Shown here piece by piece: positions 31,718 through 42,878 of a stretch of DNA of 64,000 bases. Location of the stretch: the NCBI RefSeq assembly GCF_046105845.1, contig NZ_CP151004.1; one strand, 5' to 3'. The notes beneath the pieces were generated by a model. It was not told the DNA's origin and ran no database searches. It saw only the letters and a program-made list of their open reading frames with translations. Origin of the DNA: Escherichia coli (GTDB lineage: Bacteria > Pseudomonadota > Gammaproteobacteria > Enterobacterales > Enterobacteriaceae). Made by a program: the position numbers and the translations under genes. Positions within the stretch are counted from its first letter, which is position 1. Each line of letters begins with the position of its first letter.

Positions 31718-32621
31718 ACATCTCCTGCGGTACAACCGATTTCGCCAGCAACCATTCACGAAATTGCTGCAAGTGCGGTGAGTCAGACTTCTCTTCCTGC
31801 CACGTCATAATAAAACGATTACCGGTACGAATAGGCACATCACAGGGGATCACCATATCGCCACTATCCAAATCATGTTGAATAGCGAAACGTGGTAACA
31901 GCGCCACGCCGAGATTCGAGCGCACGGCGGCAATCAGCATTGAAAGCAAATCGAAACGTGGTCCGTTGTTGACCAGCGGACTGCTAACGCCAGATAAGGC
32001 AAACCACTCTTCCCAGCCAGTAATACGGGTACTTTGATGCAGAAGTGGTAACTCTGTAAGCAGTTCTGCCACTGACAGTTTTTGATCGGACATTGTAAGC
32101 AAACTGCCGCTGCATACCGGCAAAATCTCCTCTTCAAAGAGATATTCTACTTCCGCCCAGGGCGCGCAAAAATTTTCGCGCATAATGACAGCATCGTACT
32201 CCCGATTAAGAAAATCGCCGTTATTAGCTAAAGAGTGAATATTAACAATAATATCGGAATGTAACTTTGTGAATTCATGTAAATTTGGGATTAACCAGTG
32301 GGTACTAAACGTAGGATTCACGGCAAGTTCAATAACCTTAACCGTAGGCTGCCAGGTCATAATGGTATTGGTATCGCGTTCCAGCTTATTTAATGTTTCT
32401 TTTACTATCCCCAGGTAATACTTCCCTGCATCATTAAGAAAAATACGTTTTTTAGAGTGTGAAAATAACGGAGTATGTAAAAATTCCTCCAGCGCACTCA
32501 CTTGTCTGAATACTGCACTTTGGGTCAACGCTAACTCCTCTGCCGCTCTGGTATAACTTTCATGACGTGCGACGACCTCAAAAGTCACCAGCAGCTCCGT
32601 TTTAGGTATTTTTCCTCGCAT
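31716..32621 (-). CDS. LysR-family transcriptional regulator
   Basis: 301 aa; N-terminal wHTH (ELLVTFEVVARHESYTRAAEELALTQSAVFRQVSALEEFL) plus substrate-binding domain; convergent with the operon. Confidence 0.9.
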   Translation of the reverse strand: MRGKIPKTELLVTFEVVARHESYTRAAEELALTQSAVFRQVSALEEFLHTPLFSHSKKRIFLNDAGKYYLGIVKETLNKLERDTNTIMTWQPTVKVIELAVNPTFSTHWLIPNLHEFTKLHSDIIVNIHSLANNGDFLNREYDAVIMRENFCAPWAEVEYLFEEEILPVCSGSLLTMSDQKLSVAELLTELPLLHQSTRITGWEEWFALSGVSSPLVNNGPRFDLLSMLIAAVRSNLGVALLPRFAIQHDLDSGDMVIPCDVPIRTGNRFIMTWQEEKSDSPHLQQFREWLLAKSVVPQEM

Positions 32622-33185
32622 AATGCCGTCCCTTAAAAATAGTTTAAACCATCAAAAATACATTACTTATTACGAAGTAATGGTAACCAAAGCAGCAATA
32701 AATAATTTATAAGAATCATGATTGACATTTATAACCCAGTAAGCCTGGCGTGACAAATATCTTAATCAGATAATAATAATCCGAAAAGCACAGCGCCTTT
32801 CGAATTATCCGGAATCACATTAAGTGAAAATTATTAAATTGATATCATTTATCATATCTGTGGATATTATGATAAACAATCAACAAAGATTTTATTTTTG
32901 ATTTATAGCATATCCCTCTAAGAATTTTTGCGATGCTGCAATATCCGGGGTAAAGACCCGATCCTGGCTGACAAATGGCACGACTTGACGATAAGCGGTG
33001 AACATCGCTTTTGTTGATTTACTTAACGCTACGGTCAAACGCTGGGAAGCCAGTGCATCAGGTAACGATTCGAAATTCGCCGTCGTTCTTATTCGTGGCT
33101 TGCGGTCGGTTGCGGCAATCCACAGTGGCTGTGGTCATGCAGTCAAGCCAGCGGTCAGATTTCGACCGTGGTTAACATTTAAGGC

Positions 33186-33286
33186 ATAAAAAAGGCCATC
33201 ATATGATGGCCAACCATGTCGAAACCGACAGCCCTTCGCCATTCCTGTAGAGGGAAGCGGCGAGGGCTATTTCTTATTACAGATAT
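33186..33286 (-). ncRNA. sdhX: probable SdhX (RybD) sRNA from the sucD 3' UTR with intrinsic terminator
   Basis: About 100 nt between the sucD stop and a ggccatcat/atgatggcc hairpin followed by a U-run on the minus strand; positional equivalence to the K-12 sucD 3'-UTR sRNA; sequence identity not verified. Confidence 0.45.
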
Positions 33287-34156
33287 TTATTTCAGAACAG
33301 TTTTCAGTGCTTCACCGATATCCGCCAGGCTGCGAACGGTTTTCACGCCTGCGGCTTCCAGAGCAGCGAATTTCTCATCCGCAGTCCCTTTCCCACCGGC
33401 AATGATCGCACCCGCGTGGCCCATACGTTTGCCTTTCGGCGCAGTCACACCAGCGATGTAACCCACAACAGGCTTGGTAACGTGCTCTTTGATGTACGCA
33501 GCCGCTTCTTCTTCAGCGCTACCGCCGATCTCACCGATCATCACGATCGCTTCGGTCTGCGGATCTTTTTCGAACATTTCGAGGATGTCGATAAAGTTAG
33601 AGCCAGGGATCGGGTCGCCGCCGATACCGACACAGGTCGACTGACCGAAACCGTAATCCGTGGTCTGTTTAACCGCTTCATAGGTCAGTGTACCGGAACG
33701 GGAAACGATACCCACTTTACCCGGTTTGTGAATGTGACCCGGCTGGATACCGATTTTGCATTCACCCGGAGTGATTACGCCCGGACAGTTCGGGCCGATC
33801 ATACGAACGCCTGCTTCATCCAGTTTCACTTTCACGGTCAGCATATCCAGCGTCGGGATGCCTTCAGTGATGGTGATAATCAGTTTGATGCCTGCATCGA
33901 TGGCTTCCAGAATGGAGTCTTTGCAGAACGGTGCTGGTACGTAGATAACAGAAGCGGTAGCGCCAGTAGCAGCAACAGCTTCACGAACGGTGTTGAACAC
34001 CGGCAGGCCGAGGTGGGTGGTGCCGCCTTTACCTGGGGTTACGCCGCCAACCATTTTAGTGCCGTATGCAATAGCCTGTTCTGAGTGGAAAGTCCCCTGG
34101 CTACCGGTAAAGCCCTGGCAGATAACCTTGGTGTTTTTATCAATTAAAATGGACAT
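33287..34156 (-). CDS. sucD: succinyl-CoA synthetase alpha subunit
   Basis: 289 aa; matches E. coli SucD. Confidence 0.97.
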
Positions 34157-35322
34157 TATTTCCCCTCCACTGCGGCAACAACCTGCTGAGCTGCATCCGT
34201 CAGACCTTTTGCTGCAATAATATTCAGGCCGCTGTCAGCCAGTTTCTTCGCGCCGAGTTCGGCGTTGTTACCTTCCAGACGTACCACGACCGGTACGTTA
34301 ACACCCACTTCCGCTACCGCGCCGATGATACCGTCAGCGATCAGGTCGCAACGAACGATACCGCCGAAGATGTTAACCAGAACGGCTTTCACTTTGTCGT
34401 CAGAGAGGATGATTTTGAACGCTTCGGTTACACGTTCTTTGGTTGCGCCGCCGCCAACGTCAAGGAAGTTAGCTGGTTCGCCGCCGTGCAGTTTAACGAT
34501 GTCCATCGTACCCATCGCCAGACCTGCGCCGTTAACCATACAACCGATGTTACCGTCCAGCGCAACGTAGTTCAGTTCCCACTGTGCAGCCTGTGCTTCA
34601 CGTGGATCTTCCTGCGACTGGTCACGCATTTCGCGCAGATCAGGCTGGCGGAACAGTGCGTTGCCATCAGCGCCCAGTTTGCCGTCGAGGCAAATCAGAT
34701 CGCCCTGTTTGGTGATGACCAGCGGGTTGATTTCGATCAGCGCCAGGTCGCGCTCCAGGAAAATGGTCGCCAGGCCCATGAAGATTTTGGTGAACTGCTG
34801 AACCAGTTTACCTTCCAGACCCAGTTTGAACGCCAGCTCGCGTCCCTGATACGGCATCGGGCCAGTCAGCGGATCAAGCGCAACTTTGTGGATCAGGTGC
34901 GGAGTTTCTTCCGCCACTTTTTCGATTTCCACGCCGCCTTCGGTGGAGGCCATAAAGACCACACGACGGGAACTACGGTCAACAACGGCACCGAGATACA
35001 GCTCTTTAGCGATATCGGTCGCTGCTTCAACCAGAATCTGGTTAACCGGTTGGCCATTGGCATCTGTTTGATACGTTACCAGACGCTTGCCCAGCCAGTT
35101 TTCTGCAAAAGCACGGATGTCTTCTTTGCTGTTTACAACTTTCACACCGCCCGCTTTACCGCGGCCACCAGCGTGAACCTGACATTTCACTACCCACGGA
35201 CCGGCACCGATTTTTGAAGCGGCTTCTTCTGCTTCGCGCGGAGTAGTACAGGCATAACCCACCGGTGCTGGTAAGCCATAGCGGGCAAAAAGTTGTTTTG
35301 CCTGATATTCATGTAAGTTCAT
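34156..35322 (-). CDS. sucC: succinyl-CoA synthetase beta subunit
   Basis: 388 aa; matches E. coli SucC. Confidence 0.97.
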
Positions 35323-35415
35323 GTGTTCTGTCCATCCTTCAGTAATCGTTATCTTTTAAACCGTAGACCGACACCCTATCCACGTCGGTCTACAGTGCAG
35401 GTGAAGCTTAAACTA

Positions 35416-36633
35416 CTACACGTCCAGCAGCAGACGCGTCGGATCTTCCAGCAACTCTTTGATCGTTACCAGGAAGCCCACGGATTCGCGACCATCGATC
35501 AGACGGTGATCGTAGGACAGCGCCAGGTACATCATCGGCAGGATCTCAACCTGACCATTCACCGCCATCGGACGATCTTTGATAGCGTGCATACCCAGAA
35601 TTGCGCTCTGCGGCGGGTTGATGATAGGCGTTGACATCAGGGAACCGAACACACCACCGTTGGTGATGGTGAAGTTACCACCGGTCAGATCTTCAACCGT
35701 CAGCTTGCCGTCACGGCCTTTAACTGCCAGCTCTTTGATTTTCTTCTCGATATCTGCCATGCCTAGGGTATCGACATCACGCAGTACCGGCGTCACCAGG
35801 CCGCGCGGCGTAGAAACCGCCATGCTGACGTCGAAATAGTTGTGGTAAACCACATCATCGCCGTCGATAGACGCGTTCACTTCCGGGTAACGTTTCAGGG
35901 CTTCAACCACCGCTTTCACGTAGAAGGACATAAAGCCCAGACGAATACCGTGACGTTTTTCAAACGCTTCACCGTACTGCTTACGCAGATCCATAATCGG
36001 CTTCATGTTGACTTCGTTGAACGTGGTCAGCATGGCGGTGGAGTTTTTCGCTTCCAGCAGACGCTCTGCCACACGCTTACGCAGGCGAGTCATCGGGACA
36101 CGTTTTTCGCTACGTGCAGCCAGAGCCGGTTGCGCCACCGGAGCAGCCGCTGCCGGAGCAGACTCTTTCGCCGGGGCTTTCGCCAGATGTTTTTCCACAT
36201 CTTCACGAGTCAGACGACCACCCACACCGGTGCCTTTAATGGCGCTGGCGTCGAGGTTGTGTTCAGCCAGCATGCGGCGGATCGCCGGGCTTAACGCATC
36301 GTTGTTTTGCTCTTCCAGAGACGCCTGCTGGCGTTGCGCCGGAGTGGACGCTTTCTCTTCAGATTTGGCGCTGGTTTCTTTACCCGCGCTGTTGCCTTCA
36401 CGCAGGCGACCAAGGATTTGACGAGACGTTACCGTTGTACCTTCATCTTCCAGAACCGCATCCAGAATGCCGTCTGCTGATGCCGGTACTTCCAGTACCA
36501 CTTTGTCAGTTTCGATTTCTACCAGCACTTCATCACGTACGACTGCGTCGCCGGGTTTTTTATGCCAGGTTGCGACGGTGGCATCGGCTACGGATTCAGG
36601 CAGGTCAGGGACCAGAATATCTACGCTACTCAT
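35416..36633 (-). CDS. sucB: 2-oxoglutarate dehydrogenase E2 (dihydrolipoyllysine succinyltransferase)
   Basis: 405 aa; lipoyl domain, Ala/Pro linker, catalytic domain; matches E. coli SucB. Confidence 0.97.
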   Translation of the reverse strand: MSSVDILVPDLPESVADATVATWHKKPGDAVVRDEVLVEIETDKVVLEVPASADGILDAVLEDEGTTVTSRQILGRLREGNSAGKETSAKSEEKASTPAQRQQASLEEQNNDALSPAIRRMLAEHNLDASAIKGTGVGGRLTREDVEKHLAKAPAKESAPAAAAPVAQPALAARSEKRVPMTRLRKRVAERLLEAKNSTAMLTTFNEVNMKPIMDLRKQYGEAFEKRHGIRLGFMSFYVKAVVEALKRYPEVNASIDGDDVVYHNYFDVSMAVSTPRGLVTPVLRDVDTLGMADIEKKIKELAVKGRDGKLTVEDLTGGNFTITNGGVFGSLMSTPIINPPQSAILGMHAIKDRPMAVNGQVEILPMMYLALSYDHRLIDGRESVGFLVTIKELLEDPTRLLLDV

Positions 36634-36647
36634 TGTGTATCCTTTAT

Positions 36648-39449
36648 TTATTCGACGTTCAGCGCGTCATTAACCAGATCTTGTTGCTGTTTCTGGTGAA
36701 CGGACATATACCCTACCGCCGGAGAGGCGGAGGCCGGGCGGCCTGCATAACGCAGAGAAGCCCCAAACGGAATCACTTCACGGAAATGATGCTGGCTGCA
36801 GTACCATGCGCCCTGGTTGAGCGGCTCTTCCTGGCACCAGACAAAATCCTTGACGTGAGCAAACTGCTGCAACACTTCCTGCATCGCTTTATGCGGGAAC
36901 GGGTAGAGTTGCTCGATACGCACAATGGCGACATCGTGTTGATTGTTCTTACGACGTTGTTCCAGCAGGTCGTAATAAACCTTACCAGAACACATCACTA
37001 CACGCTTAACGCCCTTCGGATCAAGCTCGTCGATTTCACCGATGGCTGGCAGGAAGGTGCCGTTCGCCAGTTCTTCGAGGCTGGAAACCGCCAGCGGATG
37101 ACGCAGCAGGGATTTCGGCGACATCACGACCAGCGGACGACGCATCCCGCGCAGCGCCTGACGACGCAGCATGTGGTAAACCTGTGCCGGGGTAGACGGT
37201 ACGCACACCTGCATGTTTTGCTCAGCGCAAAGTTGCAGATAACGTTCCAGACGCGCGGAGGAGTGCTCCGGCCCCTGCCCTTCGTAACCGTGCGGCAGCA
37301 ACATCACCAGACCACACATCCGGCCCCATTTCTGTTCGCCAGAGGAGATGAACTGGTCGATAACCACCTGAGCACCGTTAGCGAAGTCACCGAACTGTGC
37401 TTCCCAGATAGTCAGAGTGCGTGGTTCTGCGGTGGCATAACCGTATTCAAACGCCAGCACGGCTTCTTCTGACAGTACGGAGTCCCAGACACGAAACGCG
37501 CCCTGACCGTTATGGATGTGTTGCAGCGGCGTGTAAGTGGAACCGTTAGACTGGTTGTGGATCACCGCGTGGCGGTGGAAGAAGGTACCGCGACCGGAGT
37601 CTTCACCCGACAGGCGAACCGGAATGCCTTCGTCAACCAGCGTGGCGTAAGCGAGGTTTTCCGCGCCGCCCCAGTCGAACAGTTTCTCACCAGCTGCCAT
37701 CGCCTGGCGATCGCCATAAATCTTGGCAACGCGAGACTGCATTTCAACTGCTTCCGGCACCGTGCTGATGCGTTTAGCCAGTTCCTGCAGGCGCTTCATC
37801 TCAACTTTGTTCGGGTACTCTTCGTCCCATTCGTGGTTGAGGTACGGCGACCAGGTGAAAGAGTGCATGTTCATCGGACGCCACTCTGCCACTACGCAAT
37901 CGCCAGCATCCAGCGCATCGCGGTACAGGTTAACCATCTCGGTGGCATCTTCGAGCGTCGCCACTTTTTCTTGCTCCAGCTTGTCAGCGTAGATTTTGCG
38001 CGGCGTCGGATGTTTTTTGATTTTCTGATACATCAGCGGCTGAGTTGCGCTCGGCTCGTCGGCTTCGTTATGGCCATGACGGCGGTAGCACACCAGGTCG
38101 ATGAAGACATCACGTTTAAAGGTGTTACGGAAATCGAGCGCCAGACGGGTCACAAAGGCAACGGCTTCCGGATCATCCGCGTTAACGTGGAAAATCGGTG
38201 CCTGAACCATCTTACCGATATCAGTACAGTACGGCGTCGAACGGGCATCCAGCGGGTTAGAGGTGGTGAAGCCAACCTGGTTGTTGATAACGATACGTAC
38301 CGTACCGCCAACTTCATAACCACGCGCTTTCGACATGTTCAGGGTTTCCTGAACCACGCCCTGCCCGGTCACTGCGGCGTCACCATGAATGGTGATTGGC
38401 AGCACTTTGTTGCTGCTCGGCTCATCAAGTCTGTCCAGACGGGCACGAACAGAACCGATAACGACCGGGCTTACAATCTCAAGGTGAGACGGGTTAAACG
38501 CCAGCGCCAGGTGCACCAGGCCGCCATCGGTCTGGAAGTCAGACGAGAAGCCCATGTGGTATTTCACGTCGCCCGTGCCGAGGTGTTCTTTATGTTTACC
38601 GGCAAACTCGTCGAACAAGTCTTGCGGTTTTTTACCCAGCACGTTCACCAGCACGTTCAGACGGCCACGGTGCGCCATCCCGAGAACCACTTCGCGGGTG
38701 CCGCTGTTGCCAGCGTGGCGGATCATCTCTTTAAGCATCGGGATTAACGCGTCACCGCCTTCCAGCGAGAAGCGTTTTGCGCCAGGGAATTTTGCGCCGA
38801 GGTAACGTTCAAGGCCTTCAGCGGCGGTCAGTTCGCTTAAGAAGCGTTTTTTCTCTTCGCTATTGAAAGTCGCGCGACCAGACTCGATACGCTGTTGGAT
38901 CCAGCGTTTTTCTTCGGTGCTGGTAATATGCATATACTCGGCACCAATCGGGCCGCAGTAGGTTTGCTTGAGGGCTTCCAGCAGCTCGCCGAGTTTCATG
39001 GTTTCTTTGCCGCTGGCAAATGAACCGACGTTGAAGGTCTCCTGGAAGTCTGCTTCGGTCAGATCGTGGAAAGACGGATCCAGATCGGCCACTTTATCTT
39101 GCTGCCACAGTCCCAGCGGATCGAGATTCGCATGCTGGTGACCACGGAAGCGGTATGCGTTAATGAGCTGCAGGACTTTAACCTGCTTCACATTGGTGTC
39201 AGGGTCGGAGATCGTTGAAGAGTAACGTGAAGCGTCTTTCGCCAGGCGGCGGAAATATTCACGCGTTTGAGAGTGGAATTGATCCGGTTTGACTCCCGTA
39301 CCAGGTAACTGCTGGAACGTCGAACGCCAGTTAGCGTCAACCGAGTCAGGATCGGTTAAGAAGTCTTCATAGAGCTGTTCTATCCAGCTCTGGTTTGCGC
39401 CAGAGAGGTAAGAAGAGTCCAACCAGGCTTTCAAAGCGCTGTTCTGCAT
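36648..39449 (-). CDS. sucA: 2-oxoglutarate dehydrogenase E1 component
   Basis: 933 aa; matches E. coli SucA. Confidence 0.97.
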   Translation of the reverse strand: MQNSALKAWLDSSYLSGANQSWIEQLYEDFLTDPDSVDANWRSTFQQLPGTGVKPDQFHSQTREYFRRLAKDASRYSSTISDPDTNVKQVKVLQLINAYRFRGHQHANLDPLGLWQQDKVADLDPSFHDLTEADFQETFNVGSFASGKETMKLGELLEALKQTYCGPIGAEYMHITSTEEKRWIQQRIESGRATFNSEEKKRFLSELTAAEGLERYLGAKFPGAKRFSLEGGDALIPMLKEMIRHAGNSGTREVVLGMAHRGRLNVLVNVLGKKPQDLFDEFAGKHKEHLGTGDVKYHMGFSSDFQTDGGLVHLALAFNPSHLEIVSPVVIGSVRARLDRLDEPSSNKVLPITIHGDAAVTGQGVVQETLNMSKARGYEVGGTVRIVINNQVGFTTSNPLDARSTPYCTDIGKMVQAPIFHVNADDPEAVAFVTRLALDFRNTFKRDVFIDLVCYRRHGHNEADEPSATQPLMYQKIKKHPTPRKIYADKLEQEKVATLEDATEMVNLYRDALDAGDCVVAEWRPMNMHSFTWSPYLNHEWDEEYPNKVEMKRLQELAKRISTVPEAVEMQSRVAKIYGDRQAMAAGEKLFDWGGAENLAYATLVDEGIPVRLSGEDSGRGTFFHRHAVIHNQSNGSTYTPLQHIHNGQGAFRVWDSVLSEEAVLAFEYGYATAEPRTLTIWEAQFGDFANGAQVVIDQFISSGEQKWGRMCGLVMLLPHGYEGQGPEHSSARLERYLQLCAEQNMQVCVPSTPAQVYHMLRRQALRGMRRPLVVMSPKSLLRHPLAVSSLEELANGTFLPAIGEIDELDPKGVKRVVMCSGKVYYDLLEQRRKNNQHDVAIVRIEQLYPFPHKAMQEVLQQFAHVKDFVWCQEEPLNQGAWYCSQHHFREVIPFGASLRYAGRPASASPAVGYMSVHQKQQQDLVNDALNVE

Positions 39450-39619
39450 CGTGATCCCTTAAGCATCTTTTTTATGCTTACTTCGCCGTGGATACTACCA
39501 CGCACAGTGATGTGCGTGCCGGGGTTCACTTGCGAGCTCTTGTCTACGTAGTGGCTCGCGAAGGAACCTTTAAAAACTGTCTTAGTGTCAGGGGCAGTTT
39601 TTAAAGATTTCCTGAATAG

Positions 39620-39636
39620 CCGGGGGATTTCCCCGG
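39620..39636 (-). other. GC hairpin in the sdhB-sucA intergenic region
   Basis: Palindrome ccggggaaatcccccgg (minus strand) 14 nt after the sdhB stop, lacking a U-run. Confidence 0.4.
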
Positions 39637-39649
39637 CATCAACATTTAA

Positions 39650-40366
39650 TTACGCATTACGTTGCAACAACATCGACTTGATATGGCCGATGGCGCGCGT
39701 CGGGTTCAGCCCCTTCGGACATACACTGACGCAGTTCATGATGCTGTGACAGCGGAATACACTGAATGCATCGCTCAAACCGTCGAGGCGGCTGTCAGTC
39801 TCGGTATCACGGCTATCGATCAGGAAACGATATGCCGCTAACAAGCCTGCCGGGCCGATAAACTTATCGGGATTCCACCAGAAAGACGGACAAGAGGTTG
39901 AACAACATGCGCAGAGAATACATTCATACAGCCCGTCGAGTTTTTCGCGCTGCTCTGGCATCTGTAAATGCTCGCGAGCTGGCGGATTTTGTCCATTATT
40001 CAACAGGTAAGGCTTAATTTTCTCATATTGCGCATAGAATTGTCCCATGTCTACCACCAAATCGCGGATCACCGGTAAACCTGGCAGCGGGCGAATCACA
40101 ATCTTCTTGCCCGGCTGGTTGAGTGCCGAAATCGGGGTAATACAGGCCAGACCATTCTTGCCGTTCATGTTCAGACCGTCGGAACCGCACACACCTTCAC
40201 GGCAGGAGCGACGGAACGACAGGCTGGGATCTTTCTCTTTCAGCTGGATAAGCGCATCCAGCAGCATCATGTCACGACCTTCTTCCGCTTCCAGGGTGTA
40301 ATCCTGCATACGCGGAGCATCATCAACATCCGGGTTATAGCGATAAATTGAAAACTCGAGTCTCAT
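39650..40366 (-). CDS. sdhB: succinate dehydrogenase iron-sulfur subunit
   Basis: 238 aa; Cys clusters; matches E. coli SdhB. Confidence 0.97.
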   Translation of the reverse strand: MRLEFSIYRYNPDVDDAPRMQDYTLEAEEGRDMMLLDALIQLKEKDPSLSFRRSCREGVCGSDGLNMNGKNGLACITPISALNQPGKKIVIRPLPGLPVIRDLVVDMGQFYAQYEKIKPYLLNNGQNPPAREHLQMPEQREKLDGLYECILCACCSTSCPSFWWNPDKFIGPAGLLAAYRFLIDSRDTETDSRLDGLSDAFSVFRCHSIMNCVSVCPKGLNPTRAIGHIKSMLLQRNA

Positions 40367-40381
40367 TTTCCTGTCTCCGCA

Positions 40382-42148
40382 TTAGTAAGTACGAATCTTC
40401 GGCGGGAATGCCGGGCGCAGTTTCGGTTCCATGTTGACGCTTCGGCGCGTCATGGATTCCGACTCTGGCAGATACAGGGAGTGGCACAGCCAGTTTTCAT
40501 CATCACGATCCGGGAAGTCGAAGCGGCTATGCGCGCCACGGCTTTCGGTACGGAAGTTGGCAGAAACAGCCGTTGCATACGCCGTTTCCATCAGGTTATC
40601 CAGTTCCAGGCACTCAACGCGCTGGGTGTTGAACTCGCTGGAAGTGTCATCCAGACGGGCATTTTTCAGACGCTCGCGGATCACTTTCAACTGCTCAAGC
40701 CCTTTCGCCATCGCATCACCTTCACGGAAGACCGAGAAGTTATGCTGCATACATTCTTGCAGCGCTTTACGAATCGCCACCGGATCTTCACCGTTACGAT
40801 TATTGTTCCAGCGGTTCAGACGATCCAGAGACGCTTCAACATCAGACTCGCTGGCATCGCGCAGTGCGCCCTGCTCGGCGATAGACTCTTGCAGATGCAG
40901 ACCTGCCGCACGACCAAAGACCACCAGGTCCAGCAGCGAGTTGCCGCCCAGACGGTTAGCGCCGTGTACCGATACACAAGCGATTTCACCAACGGCAAAC
41001 AGCCCCGGAACCACCACATCTTCGCCTTTCTCGTTCACAGTCAGCGCCTGACCGGTCACTTTGGTCGGAATACCGCCCATCATGTAGTGACAGGTTGGGA
41101 TAACCGGAATCGGCTCTTTCACCGGATCAACGTGAGCGAAGGTACGGGAGAGTTCCAGGATACCCGGCAGACGGGATTCGAGAACTTCTTTACCCAGGTG
41201 GTCAAGTTTCAGTTTTGCGTGTGGCCCCCACGGACCATCACAGCCGCGACCTTCACGGATTTCGATCATGATGGAACGCGCCACCACGTCACGGCCCGCC
41301 AGGTCTTTGGCGTTCGGCGCATAACGCTCCATAAAGCGTTCGCCATGTTTGTTCAGCAGATAACCGCCTTCACCACGGCAACCTTCGGTGACCAGTACGC
41401 CCGCTCCTGCAATGCCGGTCGGGTGGAACTGCCACATTTCCATATCCTGTACTGGTACGCCTGCACGGATAGCCATGCCGACGCCGTCGCCAGTGTTAAT
41501 GTGGGCGTTGGTGGTGGACTGATAAATACGCCCTGCCCCGCCAGTCGCCAGCACGGTAGCGCGGGCTTTGAAATAAACCACTTCACCAGTTTCGATGCAC
41601 AGTGCGGTACAACCGACCACCGCGCCATCGGCGTTTTTCACCAGATCCAGCGCATACCATTCGGAGAAAATAGTGGTGTGGTTTTTCAGGTTCTGCTGAT
41701 AAAGGGTGTGCAACAGTGCGTGACCGGTACGGTCAGCTGCCGCCGCAGTGCGTGCCGCCTGCTCGCCGCCGAAGTTTTTCGACTGGCCGCCAAACGGACG
41801 TTGATAGATACGACCATCATCAAGGCGCGAGAACGGCAGGCCCATGTGTTCGAGCTCCAGAATCGCTTCCGGCCCGGTTTTACACATATATTCAATCGCG
41901 TCCTGGTCACCGATATAGTCCGAACCTTTTACGGTGTCGTACATATGCCATTCCCAGTTATCTTCATGGGTATTACCCAGCGCAACGGTAATGCCGCCTT
42001 GCGCAGAAACGGTATGGGAACGGGTCGGGAAGACTTTAGAGAGCAGCGCACAGGTCTGACCGCTCTGGGAAATTTGCAGCGCCGCGCGCATACCTGCGCC
42101 ACCGGCACCAATCACAACTGCATCAAATTCTCTGACTGGCAATTTCAT
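40382..42148 (-). CDS. sdhA: succinate dehydrogenase flavoprotein subunit
   Basis: 588 aa from [24 protein letters not shown]; ORF-track start 4 codons upstream rejected. Confidence 0.97.
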   Translation of the reverse strand: MKLPVREFDAVVIGAGGAGMRAALQISQSGQTCALLSKVFPTRSHTVSAQGGITVALGNTHEDNWEWHMYDTVKGSDYIGDQDAIEYMCKTGPEAILELEHMGLPFSRLDDGRIYQRPFGGQSKNFGGEQAARTAAAADRTGHALLHTLYQQNLKNHTTIFSEWYALDLVKNADGAVVGCTALCIETGEVVYFKARATVLATGGAGRIYQSTTNAHINTGDGVGMAIRAGVPVQDMEMWQFHPTGIAGAGVLVTEGCRGEGGYLLNKHGERFMERYAPNAKDLAGRDVVARSIMIEIREGRGCDGPWGPHAKLKLDHLGKEVLESRLPGILELSRTFAHVDPVKEPIPVIPTCHYMMGGIPTKVTGQALTVNEKGEDVVVPGLFAVGEIACVSVHGANRLGGNSLLDLVVFGRAAGLHLQESIAEQGALRDASESDVEASLDRLNRWNNNRNGEDPVAIRKALQECMQHNFSVFREGDAMAKGLEQLKVIRERLKNARLDDTSSEFNTQRVECLELDNLMETAYATAVSANFRTESRGAHSRFDFPDRDDENWLCHSLYLPESESMTRRSVNMEPKLRPAFPPKIRTY

Positions 42149-42495
42149 CACACACCCCACACCACAACGAATCCATAAATCACGTAAACCACCAGTGCAA
42201 CGACAATCACCAGTTGCAGCATCAGGCGCAAAGCCAGCGGTTTAACGTAGTCGGTCAACACCTGCCACATGCCGATCCAGGCATGGATCAAGATAGAAAA
42301 CAGCGCCAGCAGGGTGAACACTTTGGTGAACGCAGAGGCGAAGAAACCGATCCAGACTTCATATGTCAGCTCGCCACTGGTAGCGAAAAAACCGACCATA
42401 TAAATGATGTAGAGCGTCAGGACGATAGCGGTAGCGCGAACGAGGATAAAATCATGTACGCCATTGCGTCCTAATGCGGAGGCGTTGCTTACCAT
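42148..42495 (-). CDS. sdhD: succinate dehydrogenase membrane anchor subunit
   Basis: 115 aa; matches E. coli SdhD. Confidence 0.96.
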
Positions 42496-42878
42496 ACGAG
42501 GACTCCTGCGAGAAGTGAAAGCACGACAGTAATAACAAAGGAGATTTTGGCGGAGCGTTTACCCGCTTCGAATGTTTCTTCCAGATAGCCAAAATCCATC
42601 ATCATGTGGCGAATACCTACGACGACGTGATACGCCAGAGCGGTAAGGATGCCCCACATGATAAATTTGACGAAGAAGCTGCCCATAATCGCGGAAGCTT
42701 GCTCGAAACCTTCAGGGGAAGAGAGGCTGGTACCCAGAAGCCACAGCAGGATGCCCACTGCAACAAAGGTGATCACACCGGAAACGCGATGGAGAATGGA
42801 CGCTATCGCCGTGATGGGGAACCGGATGGTCTGTAGGTCCAGATTAACAGGTCTTTGTTTTTTCACATTTCTTATCAT
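42489..42878 (-). CDS. sdhC: succinate dehydrogenase cytochrome b556 subunit
   Basis: 129 aa from [21 protein letters not shown]; ORF-track start 5 codons upstream rejected. Confidence 0.95.

Larger units (their letters stand above)
19200..32990. other. horizontally acquired genomic island replacing the K-12 mngR-mngAB locus (boundaries approximate)
   Basis: Gene content absent from the K-12 arrangement at this position; AT-rich junctions and AT-rich first two genes; flanked by conserved cydA and sucD. Confidence 0.7.

Noticed and set aside
18839-33000. Classification of the island as a mobile element (prophage, ICE, IS-bounded transposon)
   Set aside because: No integrase, transposase, recombinase, terminal inverted repeats or target-site duplications are visible. 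It is reported as a genomic island of unknown origin instead.
32998-33189. 63-aa ORF as a bona fide gene
   Set aside because: Starts at a GTG immediately after an in-frame stop, lacks an RBS and has an odd composition. More likely non-coding or a gene remnant; kept as a finding about the junction rather than as a CDS.
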